From: an uncultured Dehalococcoidia bacterium
GTDB lineage: Bacteria; Chloroflexota; Dehalococcoidia; Lucifugimonadales; UBA1123
DNA length: 64,000 bases
Direction: 5' to 3'
NCBI GenBank assembly: GCA_951812505.1
Contig: CATOSI010000001.1
Span: 750,012 to 814,011, forward strand
Each line of letters opens with the position of its first letter. Positions within the stretch are counted from its first letter, which is position 1. The notes under the pieces were generated by a model. The model made no database searches. It was not told where the DNA came from and saw only the letters and a list, made by a program, of their open reading frames with translations. Of this stretch, positions 18,041 through 26,636 are shown piece by piece. The position numbers and the translations under genes were made by a program.

Positions 18041-18835
18041 ATGAAAGAACGCGGAGATACGATTATCGGCGAGGGAACCATCAAGTTTGGTATCGAGTAC
18101 AGGGACCTGCTTCACGATCAGGGCGTGTGCATCCATGTTCTGGGCGACGTCAGCGAGGACGACGAGCACGAGCTTCTCAGGTTCGACTGCTTCGACCATG
18201 AGCCTCACTACCACTATGGGCCGCAACAGTTGAATGAAAGGCTCATGCTGGACAAGACGACGGCCGGCGACTCGCTGGACTGGACGCTGGGCAATATCCG
18301 AAGTCGGCTGCCCGAAATGATAGATAGGGCGCGGTATCCCGAACTGGCTGAGGCAGCGCGGGATGCTGATCTGTCTGCCGAGATGGATGAGCTTGAGTCG
18401 CAGGCTCGGGCGCTGTCTGTGTCGGGTCGGCGAACGGTCATGCACGACCGCGGCGACGTCATCCTGGAAGCGGGACCTGTACGGTTCGGCGTGGAGTTCA
18501 GGACGCTGGCTAACGACCGGGGCGTGGCAATCCACGTGCTGGGAGACATCGGAGATGAAGAGCAGGAACTGCTAACGTTCGACTGCTTCGAAGTAGCGCC
18601 ACACTATCACTACGGACCGAGGGCGAAGAACCAGCGGCTGTACCTGGACATGACGACCGTCCCGGACCCGCTGGGATGGGCGCTCGACCTGTTCAAGGGT
18701 GGCAAGCTGGGCACCATGCTCGAGAGAGCGGGTTACACCGACCACGCCGCCCGTCTGAACCCGGCGCTAGTCGCAAGCGCGGTTACCGAGCTTGAGAGCG
18801 TGTCCAGGGAGATGGAGACAGCGAACGCTCAGTAG
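18041..18835 (+). CDS. Hypothetical protein built from two tandem homologous domains of about 125 aa (FDCF-x3-PHYHYGP motif)
   Basis: 264 aa. Residues 3-125 and 135-260 align at about 40-45% identity by eye: GD.I...G...FG.E.R.L..D.GV.IHVLGD...E..ELL.FDCF...PHYHYGP. A GAGAGGAG RBS lies upstream. Confidence 0.7.
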   Translation: MKERGDTIIGEGTIKFGIEYRDLLHDQGVCIHVLGDVSEDDEHELLRFDCFDHEPHYHYGPQQLNERLMLDKTTAGDSLDWTLGNIRSRLPEMIDRARYPELAEAARDADLSAEMDELESQARALSVSGRRTVMHDRGDVILEAGPVRFGVEFRTLANDRGVAIHVLGDIGDEEQELLTFDCFEVAPHYHYGPRAKNQRLYLDMTTVPDPLGWALDLFKGGKLGTMLERAGYTDHAARLNPALVASAVTELESVSREMETANAQ

Positions 18836-18861
18836 CTGATAGCAGTCAACTATAGGACATA

Positions 18862-18910
18862 GGCGCGCACGAGCTAACCGATAGAGACGGGAGGTGGACG
18901 CGCGCCTTTT
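18862..18910. terminator. Possible bidirectional terminator hairpin between convergent genes
   Basis: A 7-bp GC stem, GGCGCGC (18862-18868) / GCGCGCC (18900-18906), is followed by TTTT. The loop is long (31 nt), so this is a weak call. Confidence 0.3.
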
Positions 18911-18944
18911 CATTTCAGCGGCAACTTGTCCGAATGGATTCCTA

Positions 18945-20306
18945 CTACTGGAATGAACGAAGTCCCTTTTGGGTAATCAGGACAATTAAGGTCACCAGAA
19001 TGAGCAGCGCGCCAAGTATGGCGATGGCCATCTGACCGCCCAGAGCGTCTGCAATCATCCCGGCTGGCAGAACGCCTAGCGGCATCAGACCGAAATTCAT
19101 CATGAACACGCTCATCACGCGCCCGCGGTACTGGTCTTCCACCACTTCCATAATCAGGCCCATGTTGATCGTGCGCCGTCCAGCGTCGCCGAGTCCCACC
19201 AGGACCATTATCACGGCGGCGGCGTAGTAGAACGGGAACGATGCGATAAGCAGCAGCGCGATCCCGGACACGAACGAGCCTATTATCAGAAGCATCCCCC
19301 TGCGCCAGTCGCCCAACGCGGCTATGGCAAGCGACCCAACCAGCGACCCTCCGCCCATGATGGCGACGAGAAGTCCCATCGAATCAGGTCCCCGGTTGTA
19401 GATGTCCACCACGAACACCGGCAGGAGCATCCTGAACGGTGAGGCGAGCAGGGTTGTGGCCAGTCCCATGACAAGCAGGACGAGCACCATCCTATTACCC
19501 TTTATGTACACGAGCCCGGCGCCAATGTCGGCGAACATATTTCGCCTCTGACTTGGCGCGGCGGCTCTCTCGGGCTTGGGCACCAGCGTGGTGACAATGA
19601 CAGACAGGATACTCAGACCGGAAATTATGAAGTACACGTTCGCGGGCCCGGCGACCGCGTAGAGTCCTCCGGCGACCGCGGGAGCGATCAGAGTCATCGC
19701 GCTCATCCCGGCGGCGTTCAGGGCCATTGCATTGCCGATTCTCTCGGGGCCGACGATCTGCGGGATGATAGCCTGTCTCGCGGGCATCATGAATGTCCAA
19801 ACGGTGCCTTGCAGGATAGAAACGATCAGCAGGTGATACCATTCGACCATGTCGGTGAATATGGCTGTGCCAATGACGAGTGCGAAAATTGCGACAATGA
19901 CCTGGCCGCCCTGAATCAGCCGCTTGCGCTCGACGCGGTCAGCTATCACGCCGCCGAATGGGGCGAGAAAGAGCATGGGAATCGCCATCCCAGCGCTGAC
20001 GAAACCAAGAAGAGCGGCGGAGCCGGTGAGATCGTACACAAGGTAGCCGCGAGCGAGCATCTGCATCTGCATACCGGCCATCATGGCCATCATCCCCAGC
20101 CACAGATACAGGTAGTCTCGGTTATTCAGGGAAGAAAAGGTCTGTCGCCAGCCGCGTGTTTGGGTATTGCTGGGTGGAAGCACGGCCCCGGAAGGGGAGC
20201 TGTTGCGGGAAGCAGTCTGTCTATTGGGAGTCTGCTGTTGTGAATCGCCTGCTGAATCTGGCGAGGGAGAATCCTCAGAAGAGGATGATGCTGAATCTGA
20301 TTTCAT
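18945..20306 (-). CDS. MFS transporter
   Basis: 453 aa with about 12 predicted hydrophobic helices after a Ser/Pro-rich N-terminal tail. Confidence 0.85.
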   Translation of the reverse strand: MKSDSASSSSEDSPSPDSAGDSQQQTPNRQTASRNSSPSGAVLPPSNTQTRGWRQTFSSLNNRDYLYLWLGMMAMMAGMQMQMLARGYLVYDLTGSAALLGFVSAGMAIPMLFLAPFGGVIADRVERKRLIQGGQVIVAIFALVIGTAIFTDMVEWYHLLIVSILQGTVWTFMMPARQAIIPQIVGPERIGNAMALNAAGMSAMTLIAPAVAGGLYAVAGPANVYFIISGLSILSVIVTTLVPKPERAAAPSQRRNMFADIGAGLVYIKGNRMVLVLLVMGLATTLLASPFRMLLPVFVVDIYNRGPDSMGLLVAIMGGGSLVGSLAIAALGDWRRGMLLIIGSFVSGIALLLIASFPFYYAAAVIMVLVGLGDAGRRTINMGLIMEVVEDQYRGRVMSVFMMNFGLMPLGVLPAGMIADALGGQMAIAILGALLILVTLIVLITQKGLRSFQ

Positions 20307-20361
20307 GCGTTGAGTTTACAGGAGTGGGGAAGAGGTAATCAATTTGGGGAGGGCGCGTTCG

Positions 20362-21099
20362 TCATTCGCCGCTCAGCCGTTCCAATTCGGCTTCCAACTC
20401 GGCGACGCGTCGTTCGGCAACTGCGCGCGCTACGCGTTCGGACTCGACGCGTTGTTCGGCGGACTGTCGCGCGTCCTCCGACTCATTGAGCGTCGGAAGG
20501 TACTCCCCGCTTACAGGATCGCGGAAGCGTAGAATGCCGTCGTCCCACCAGAACTCCAGACCCAGCCTCTCGCTGTATCCCCAACGACGACCATCCGGCT
20601 CTACGGCTATCTCGATAGGCATATACCTATCATCCACAAGCATGTCGCCCGCCAGAGGCGCGTCGTGATACTCGCCGCCCGACGGGTCGAATCGCCAGTA
20701 TTCGCGCACGCCATATCCGGCGTAGCGTTCGCGCTTGTCGGTGTAGTCTTGTCTGCCCGTACCCTCGGAACCAACTTCCAGAACCAGATCGGGAGGCTTG
20801 CCCACCTCGCTTATCACGTAGCCGTTGCGGTGGAATATCCTCTCCGCGCCGTCCAACCCCTCGGCGAATACGCCGTCCGGATAGGGGCCGCTCCTGTCAT
20901 CCGCATCGGCCCACAGGTAGCCAAGCGCCCCCACAAAAACGTCGTCCCTGTCCTTGAACCACAAGCAGAGAGCCGAGGTGAAAGCGTTGATGCCTGGATA
21001 CTGCTTCATCATGTCAGGCTGCCTCGGGGGATCCGGCAGAGGCTTGACGTTCGAGTAGTCTGGTACTCGGATTTTTGTGAGTACACTCTGTGTAGCCAT
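20362..21099 (-). CDS. Uma2-family (DUF820) PD-(D/E)xK endonuclease-like protein with coiled-coil tail
   Basis: 245 aa. The core reads PDLVLEVGSEGTGRQDYTDKRERYAGYGVREYWRFDPSG. The C-terminus is Ala/Glu/Arg-rich. Confidence 0.82.
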   Translation of the reverse strand: MATQSVLTKIRVPDYSNVKPLPDPPRQPDMMKQYPGINAFTSALCLWFKDRDDVFVGALGYLWADADDRSGPYPDGVFAEGLDGAERIFHRNGYVISEVGKPPDLVLEVGSEGTGRQDYTDKRERYAGYGVREYWRFDPSGGEYHDAPLAGDMLVDDRYMPIEIAVEPDGRRWGYSERLGLEFWWDDGILRFRDPVSGEYLPTLNESEDARQSAEQRVESERVARAVAERRVAELEAELERLSGE

Positions 21100-21272
21100 G
21101 GTCGTGTTCTCCGCGAGACTCTCTCACCTGGGTCTCCGTTTAGTCAGCGTTGTGCGTGGCAATTATAACACTGGCTCGGCACTGGCAATAGGGCGACACG
21201 CTAGATATGGCGGTGTGGTGTGTTGGCTATTGCTGTCAGAATCAGGATTTTCGGGCCTGTTCAAGGGTCAAT

Positions 21273-21331
21273 GGAATTCCGCTTTCAAGGGAATGATGCT
21301 AGTTGTGCGAAGTCTCCTTCCTCTGGAATAA
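21273..21331. repeat. Degenerate copy of the GGATTCCCGC/GCGGGAAT palindromic repeat plus the GTTGTGCGAAG-TCTCC module
   Basis: ggaattccgctttcaagggaatgatg is followed by ctagttgtgcgaagtctcc. Compare 49786-49848 and 30933-30960. Confidence 0.55.
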
Positions 21332-21340
21332 TAGGTCAAT

Positions 21341-22435
21341 TTACTTGATCACCGTCAGATACGGTGGCCTATCTCGATACCAATGGTAATATTCATCAGG
21401 ACTTATCGCCAAGAGTCGCATTATATTTTCATCCGAATACTCTAATTTTTCTCTATAAAATTGAACTATAGCCTTTACTAGGCGTGGTTCTTCCCAGGGA
21501 GGGTCTAATTCTATGGGCTCACGTGTGCGATACCCGTGAGACGAGAGACGCACAAACCAAGATCTACGCTGTCTGTCCGTCAAGTTTCCTAAACTATGTG
21601 CTCGCATAATGAGTGCCTGCATTGATACTTTCCAATACTGTTTTAGTGAGGCGAGTTTCTCGAATGTAAGATTAGTAAGTTGTCTTTTGATTTCTCGTTC
21701 AGGTGTCAAAAATTCTGCTGCGAATCTGTCTGCCTCTTCTTCACCAGTTGGTTCAGGGGATTTATAGTGCATGACTATATGCCCTATTTCATGGGCAAGG
21801 GTCCAACGAATACGATCTGGAGGCCTATCTGTGTTTAGGAAAAACAACGACGGTAAAGTAGGAACACGTTTACTGAATCCATCAATATGCCGAGTACCAA
21901 ATCTGCAAAGAAAAACTACTCCACCTGATCTCTCTACAATCTGTACTATATTTCTTACAGGTCCAGACGGAAGATGCCAGGCCGCTCTTACTATGGCGGC
22001 AATTCTCTCGACTGATCCGTCAAAATCATCAGGGTCATGAGATGGGAACATTGCATCCCCAATATCAACAGCTCTTAATAATTTTTCCAAATGTATCCGA
22101 CGAATCTCAGATTCAGCATAAGATTTATTAAGAATACTCACCTTAGCCTTACGACGTGCTCTGTGATATATTTCATCACCGCCAGCCCCATAAATCTCTC
22201 CCGTATATTGGAAGAAATTTTCTGGATAGCTAAGAACATCAGAAATTCTAGATATATCTTCACGGGAAGGGATGTTTATGCCAGCTTCTATCCGAGAAAT
22301 TTTCCCCTGCGAAAATCCAAGTGAACGGGCAAGCGAACTTTGCGACAGTCCCCTGGACTGTCGCGCCAGCAATAGCATCTCCGAATTAAATCTATTTAAG
22401 TCTTCTAATGAATCATCCTTCATTGGCAGTCTCAC
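21341..22435 (-). CDS. XRE-type HTH fused to an ImmA/IrrE (COG2856) zinc metallopeptidase
   Basis: 364 aa. The HTH reads LLLARQSRGLSQSSLARSLGFSQGKISRIEAG. The zinc site is the HExxH motif LAHEIGHIVMH plus a downstream EEEADRFAAEFL. The DNA is AT-rich; one hand-counted 100-nt sample gave about 36% G+C. Confidence 0.85.
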   Translation of the reverse strand: MRLPMKDDSLEDLNRFNSEMLLLARQSRGLSQSSLARSLGFSQGKISRIEAGINIPSREDISRISDVLSYPENFFQYTGEIYGAGGDEIYHRARRKAKVSILNKSYAESEIRRIHLEKLLRAVDIGDAMFPSHDPDDFDGSVERIAAIVRAAWHLPSGPVRNIVQIVERSGGVVFLCRFGTRHIDGFSKRVPTLPSLFFLNTDRPPDRIRWTLAHEIGHIVMHYKSPEPTGEEEADRFAAEFLTPEREIKRQLTNLTFEKLASLKQYWKVSMQALIMRAHSLGNLTDRQRRSWFVRLSSHGYRTREPIELDPPWEEPRLVKAIVQFYREKLEYSDENIMRLLAISPDEYYHWYRDRPPYLTVIK

Positions 22436-23060
22436 TCGTGACTCGGGCCCTTATTGTCGGAGTGATGTCATCTTCAGGAGGATGTGTAACTAAATCTGTA
22501 ATTTGTGCAAGTGAATCATCGTAGAGTTGCCATGTCCAGATATTACGATTTCCATCAGGCATCGTCACATATATAGCGGCGGCGGATGTTCGCGTAGGAT
22601 TGAGAAGATAGCCTAATGTAAGACTGGCAACTGGGGGCATATGTGGCAATTCACTCTGATAATCTTGGTGGTTAAACAAAACCGCTTGTTGAGTTGGGAT
22701 ATTACGGGACCTCATGTTCTCATCTAATTTCTTGAACCGCAGTGTTGCCGATAGTGCCCCATCAGACACGTAGTAGTAATACAGCCCTTGACTGTACCTA
22801 GGTATGAACTGATCCAAACAGCTAAGTCTATCACTTGCGAGACCAATCATTATGTCGTGGATTATGCTGGCGTCGGAACGCTTCCCGAGTCGGTAGCGTA
22901 CAGAAGCAAAATCTTGAGTGTACAATCTAACAGAGTCAGTAGGTATTCTAAAGAGGATACTCTCATGTGGAGCAAGAAGTTCCATCGCTTGGTCTTTGCG
23001 CATATGCGTCATGATGACATTCCTCTGAAGAGTGATTCTATGGATTATATATATATCCAT
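22413..23060 (-). CDS. Hypothetical protein (no recognisable domain), translationally coupled upstream partner of the HTH-ImmA/IrrE gene
   Basis: 215-aa ORF; an alternative start is the Met at 23012. It overlaps the downstream gene by 23 nt and has the same AT-rich composition. Confidence 0.55.
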   Translation of the reverse strand: MDIYIIHRITLQRNVIMTHMRKDQAMELLAPHESILFRIPTDSVRLYTQDFASVRYRLGKRSDASIIHDIMIGLASDRLSCLDQFIPRYSQGLYYYYVSDGALSATLRFKKLDENMRSRNIPTQQAVLFNHQDYQSELPHMPPVASLTLGYLLNPTRTSAAAIYVTMPDGNRNIWTWQLYDDSLAQITDLVTHPPEDDITPTIRARVTSETANEG

Positions 23061-23114
23061 TTATGCGACTGTACCAGAGGGGGACGTCAAACATCAAGTA
23101 TTTTATGCACATAT

Positions 23115-23425
23115 TTATGCACAATCTCTGAACCATCTATCAGACGTCACCAGCACGAACCCCGCTATCTGCCGTGCTATGTCTGTGAAGTGCTGGACTT
23201 CCTCCGGCGTGAGTGAGCGGCCCAGGATTTGGCGCTCGCGATAGGAGAGCCACTTTTGAGTACATGGTAGCCACCGAGCTTGTAGTTCCAGACGGCGGCG
23301 GGGGCGTTCTTCCAGTAGGGGCGGTCGTTGAGGTAGATGTCGAAGGTGGTCCGTCCCAGGGTGGGAATGGCGTCGGAAAGCGCGGCGCGTACGGCGGCGT
23401 TAAGGTGTCGGCGAGTCATGGGCAT
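23115..23425 (-). pseudogene. C-terminal remnant of a type IIG / type ISP / BREX-PglX-like DNA methyltransferase-restriction enzyme, frameshifted
   Basis: The track ORF reads ...DIYLNDRPYWKNAPAAVWNYKLGGYHVLK. A shift at the A4 run (plus-strand T4 at 23254-23257) restores KWLSYRERQILGRSLTPEEVQHFTDIARQIAGF...*, with the stop at 23115-23117. The VW-x-Y-x-hGGYxVLxKWLxYR...GRxLT motif is the conserved C-terminal tail of this enzyme class. No methylase or helicase body lies upstream. Confidence 0.6.
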
Positions 23426-23789
23426 TGGGGGATGCGTTCTTGGTTCAGGACGAAATGGCGGTGAGAGTGGCAGTAGATGGGTCTGGGCTGCGAGCCGCGC
23501 TCGCCCGTGCGGACACGGGAGGCACTCGCAGGTGTTCAGCCCAGACCCGTCGTGAATTCGGCACTCGATTCGGGTTCAAGCACTGACCGATGATAACATA
23601 CTCGCGCTTGGCGCTCACTCTTATCCCGCTAGACCGATACAGACCCGCCTTCCCGATTCGGTTATACAACCTCGTCTCCGATACGCTACAATACACCCAT
23701 GAAGAACACAATTTCTAGCGTCGCTGACATAAATGAGAGGTTATATAAATGGAAGAATCGAGGCTCCGAAGAATTTTTATGTAGCTAAA

Positions 23790-23866
23790 CTCAGGCGTTC
23801 TCAGGTCAAACTCAGGTGACGTTTTCACCTGTTGGTCACTAGTTGACCCACCTGTTATCACCTGTG
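23790..23866. promoter_or_regulatory. Array of phased CTCAGG / CACCTGT boxes including a perfect inverted repeat (operator-, iteron- or arm-site-like) upstream of aroC
   Basis: CTCAGG occurs at 23790, 23800 and 23811. The inverted repeat is CAGGTGA-cgttt-TCACCTG (23813-23831). CACCTGT occurs at 23826, 23849 and 23859. CAGGTG is the reverse complement of CACCTG. Confidence 0.4.
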
Positions 23867-23952
23867 GCTTTATAAATTGGCATATATAGACATCGGACGC
23901 GGGAAGCGGTTGTCAAGTTGATGCGGTGTCATTGTCGGCATGGGAGTGAGAG

Positions 23953-25041
23953 ATGAGCAATTCATTTGGGAAGATGTTCAAGATTACGACCTGGGGAGAG
24001 TCGCACGGCCAGGCGGTGGGGGTGACGGTTGACGGGTGTCCACCGCAGTTTCCTCTTGAGGAATCTGACATCCAGCGGGAACTGGATAGAAGGCGACCTG
24101 GGCAGAGCGTAATCTCGACGCAGCGGCGTGAGGGCGACCAGGCGGAAATCGTATCGGGCGTATTCGAGGGCCTGTCACTTGGCACTCCAATCCAGATCAT
24201 CGTCTGGAACCGGGACGCCAGAAGCCGAGACTACGAGGAAATGCGGCTGAAGTACAGGCCGTCCCACGCGGACTACTCCTACCAGGCGAAGTACGGCATA
24301 CGGAACTGGATGGGCGGTGGACGCGCAAGCGCAAGGGAAACTATCGGCAGGGTGGCGGGTGGAGCAATCGCCAAGAAGTATCTTGCCGCCGAGTTCGGAG
24401 TTGAGATCGTAGCGTATGTGAAGAGGGTGCACGACCTCGAGGCTGATGTTGACTCGGACCACGTCACGACGGCGGATGTGGAGGAGAACATCGCAAGGTG
24501 CCCCGACCAGGATATGGCGGCGCGGATGATAGAGAGGATCCAGCAGGCGCGGAAGGATGGTGACTCGTTGGGAGGTGTCGTGGAGTGCGTTGCTCGGAAC
24601 GTTCCCGTGGGACTGGGCGAGCCGGTCTTCGACAAGCTTGAAGCCGATCTTGCGCGCTCAGTCCTGTCACTTCCGGCGTGCAAGGGGTTCGAGGTCGGGT
24701 CCGGGTTCGCGGGGACCTATATGACCGGCTCACAGCATAACGACCCGTTCTACAACGAGTCGGGACGGATACGGACGCGGACTAACAATTCCGGCGGTAT
24801 CCAGGGCGGTATATCGAACGGTGAGAACATCGTAATACGTGCGGGTTTCAAGCCCACGGCCACCATCATGCGAGAGCAGGACACAGTTGACGTTGACGGA
24901 AACGAGACGACGCTGATGGGCAGGGGGAGACATGATCCGTGCGTTTTGCCCAGAGCCGTCCCGATTGTGGAATCCATGATGGCGCTGGTGCTTGCGGATC
25001 ATGCGCTGCGCCAGAGGGGGCAGACTGGAAACGTAGGGTAG
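23953..25041 (+). CDS. aroC: Chorismate synthase
   Basis: 362 aa. Motifs: [31 protein letters not shown] and RHDPC. Confidence 0.93.
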   Translation: MSNSFGKMFKITTWGESHGQAVGVTVDGCPPQFPLEESDIQRELDRRRPGQSVISTQRREGDQAEIVSGVFEGLSLGTPIQIIVWNRDARSRDYEEMRLKYRPSHADYSYQAKYGIRNWMGGGRASARETIGRVAGGAIAKKYLAAEFGVEIVAYVKRVHDLEADVDSDHVTTADVEENIARCPDQDMAARMIERIQQARKDGDSLGGVVECVARNVPVGLGEPVFDKLEADLARSVLSLPACKGFEVGSGFAGTYMTGSQHNDPFYNESGRIRTRTNNSGGIQGGISNGENIVIRAGFKPTATIMREQDTVDVDGNETTLMGRGRHDPCVLPRAVPIVESMMALVLADHALRQRGQTGNVG

Positions 25042-25141
25042 AGTGACAGCCCACCCTCGGCACTGTGTGGAGATGTGTGTGGGCACCTGCACTACCGGCG
25101 ATTTACGCGAGAGGCTCCAGCTTATCGCTTCGGTCTCTGCT

Positions 25142-25389
25142 GACCCTGTGGGCGTCTGAAGCGAGTCCATTGGCGAGTTGCTGTAAGTGCTGGTGTCCAT
25201 CAGGAATTAGAAGGACCCTGTGGGCGTCTGAAGCGAGTCCATTGGCGAGAGTGGCGGTCGGTGTGTTTCGATGGAACGCCAGCCTGTTGATGCTCAGGGC
25301 GTTCTAAGTTCCTCCACCATAATAGCATTGGTAAGCTCTTCCGATTCTCGTTCGCCTGTTGATGCTCAGGGCGTTCTAAGTTCCTCCAC
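25142..25389. repeat. Two adjacent pairs of exact 36-bp direct repeats, each pair separated by a 36-bp spacer (period 72)
   Basis: Repeat A (gaccctgtgggcgtctgaagcgagtccattggcgag) lies at 25142-25177 and 25214-25249. Repeat B (gcctgttgatgctcagggcgttctaagttcctccac) lies at 25282-25317 and 25354-25389. A and B are unrelated to each other. Confidence 0.9.
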
Positions 25390-25622
25390 TCTCTCGCTTC
25401 GCGTATATCCAGCCACAGTCCGACTGAGCCAAATGCTATGGGCACTAGGATGATGGCCCAAAAAGCGGCATCCACGATCCTAAAATGGTCATCTATGGTC
25501 AAAAAATCGGGATCCGAGGTTCGATACCCGTTCATTGACCCGCCCAGCAACCCCAGAAACAAATAGATAATCCCGACGGTGAACATCAGTCCGAGGATCA
25601 CTCCGGTTAGTGTCCTACGCAT
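25200..25622 (-). CDS. Small membrane protein (2 TM helices) whose C-terminal tail runs into the 36-bp repeat region
   Basis: The start MRRTLTGVILGLMFTVGIIYLF lies at 25622, 8 nt after a GGGAGG RBS. A second helix reads AAFWAIILVPIAFGSVGLW. The tail contains a duplicated WRNLERPEHQQA encoded by repeat B. Confidence 0.5.
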   Translation of the reverse strand: MRRTLTGVILGLMFTVGIIYLFLGLLGGSMNGYRTSDPDFLTIDDHFRIVDAAFWAIILVPIAFGSVGLWLDIREAREWRNLERPEHQQANENRKSLPMLLWWRNLERPEHQQAGVPSKHTDRHSRQWTRFRRPQGPSNS

Positions 25623-25824
25623 TAAGGAAGCCTCCCATGGCTCTGGAGTAATTGGCTTCCAACATTCTACTACATGATGACGCTCTACGCGCATTCAACA
25701 ACGCAACGCCCAAGGCTTTTGCTGTGAAGAATGGATCGGAAGCGGGTGGGTGGAGTGCCGGAGACGGTCGGGTGGGACAGAGCACCGCCCCCGGAGCCTT
25801 GAGTAGCCTATAACATGTGAGCGG

Positions 25825-26616
25825 CTACACCACGGGCGAAGTTCCGCCGTCTATGTTTATGGCTATGCCGGTGAGGTAGCTGGCTCGCTCAGATGCGAGG
25901 AACGCTATGACGTCTGCGGCCTCCTCGGACTCGCCGACGCGACCTATTGGCACACGGTCGCCCATGTCGCCGTAGAACTGGTCTAGCGTGAGGTTAGGAT
26001 CGCTCGCCTGCATTGCCTTGAAGCGCGTCTCGTGCTGGCCGCTCTTTATGAGGCCGATGCATACTGTGGTCACCAGGATGTTGTCGGCGGCGAACTCCTT
26101 GGACATGGCCTTGGTGAGCGCTACGCCTGCGGCCCTGCTAACTGAGGTCGGCACCGAAGCCGCTCCCGGCGCCTTTGCGCCGAGGTTGGTGACGTTGATG
26201 ATTCGTCCGCCGCCCTGTTCTCGCATTAGCGGCACGGCCAGGCGGGAAGTCCTGATAGAGCCGTAGAGCTTGAGGTCGAGATCGTGCTGCCACGCCTCGT
26301 CCGTCACGCCCAGGAACGCGCCGCCAGCGGAGGTTCCAGCATTGTTGACGAGAATGTCGAGCCTGCCGTGATCATCAGTCGCGCGCTGAATGAGGGCCTC
26401 CACCTGTTCGGGAACCATGACGTCGGTCTGGACTGCGGTCACACTGCCCCCGGTCTGCTCACGTATTTCTGAAGCGGCCGACTCGAGAACGTCCGCACGG
26501 CGCGCGGCTATGAGAACGCTGGCTCCCTCGGCGGCCATGCTCGCGGCGGCGGCTTTACCTATTCCTTCACTTCCTCCGGTTACTATCGCTACTTTGCCCT
26601 GCAAACCAAGATCCAT
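25825..26616 (-). CDS. SDR-family oxidoreductase
   Basis: 263 aa with TGGSEGIGKA (TGxxxGIG), NNAG and the classical SDR layout. Confidence 0.88.
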   Translation of the reverse strand: MDLGLQGKVAIVTGGSEGIGKAAAASMAAEGASVLIAARRADVLESAASEIREQTGGSVTAVQTDVMVPEQVEALIQRATDDHGRLDILVNNAGTSAGGAFLGVTDEAWQHDLDLKLYGSIRTSRLAVPLMREQGGGRIINVTNLGAKAPGAASVPTSVSRAAGVALTKAMSKEFAADNILVTTVCIGLIKSGQHETRFKAMQASDPNLTLDQFYGDMGDRVPIGRVGESEEAADVIAFLASERASYLTGIAINIDGGTSPVV

Positions 26617-26636
26617 TTTGTTCCTCCAGTGGTTGG

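Noticed and set aside
23445-23711. An 88-aa minus-strand ORF upstream of the RM remnant, considered as a possible integrase or methylase fragment.
   Set aside because: It has no recognisable motif in any frame and low-complexity Arg/Ser/Pro content. It may be further decayed sequence, but this cannot be supported.
25142-25389. Possible CRISPR array (36-bp repeats with 36-bp spacers).
   Set aside because: There are only two copies of each of two unrelated repeat sequences. No cas genes or leader are present in the window, and the region overlaps a coding tail. It is reported as an unusual repeat, not as a CRISPR.
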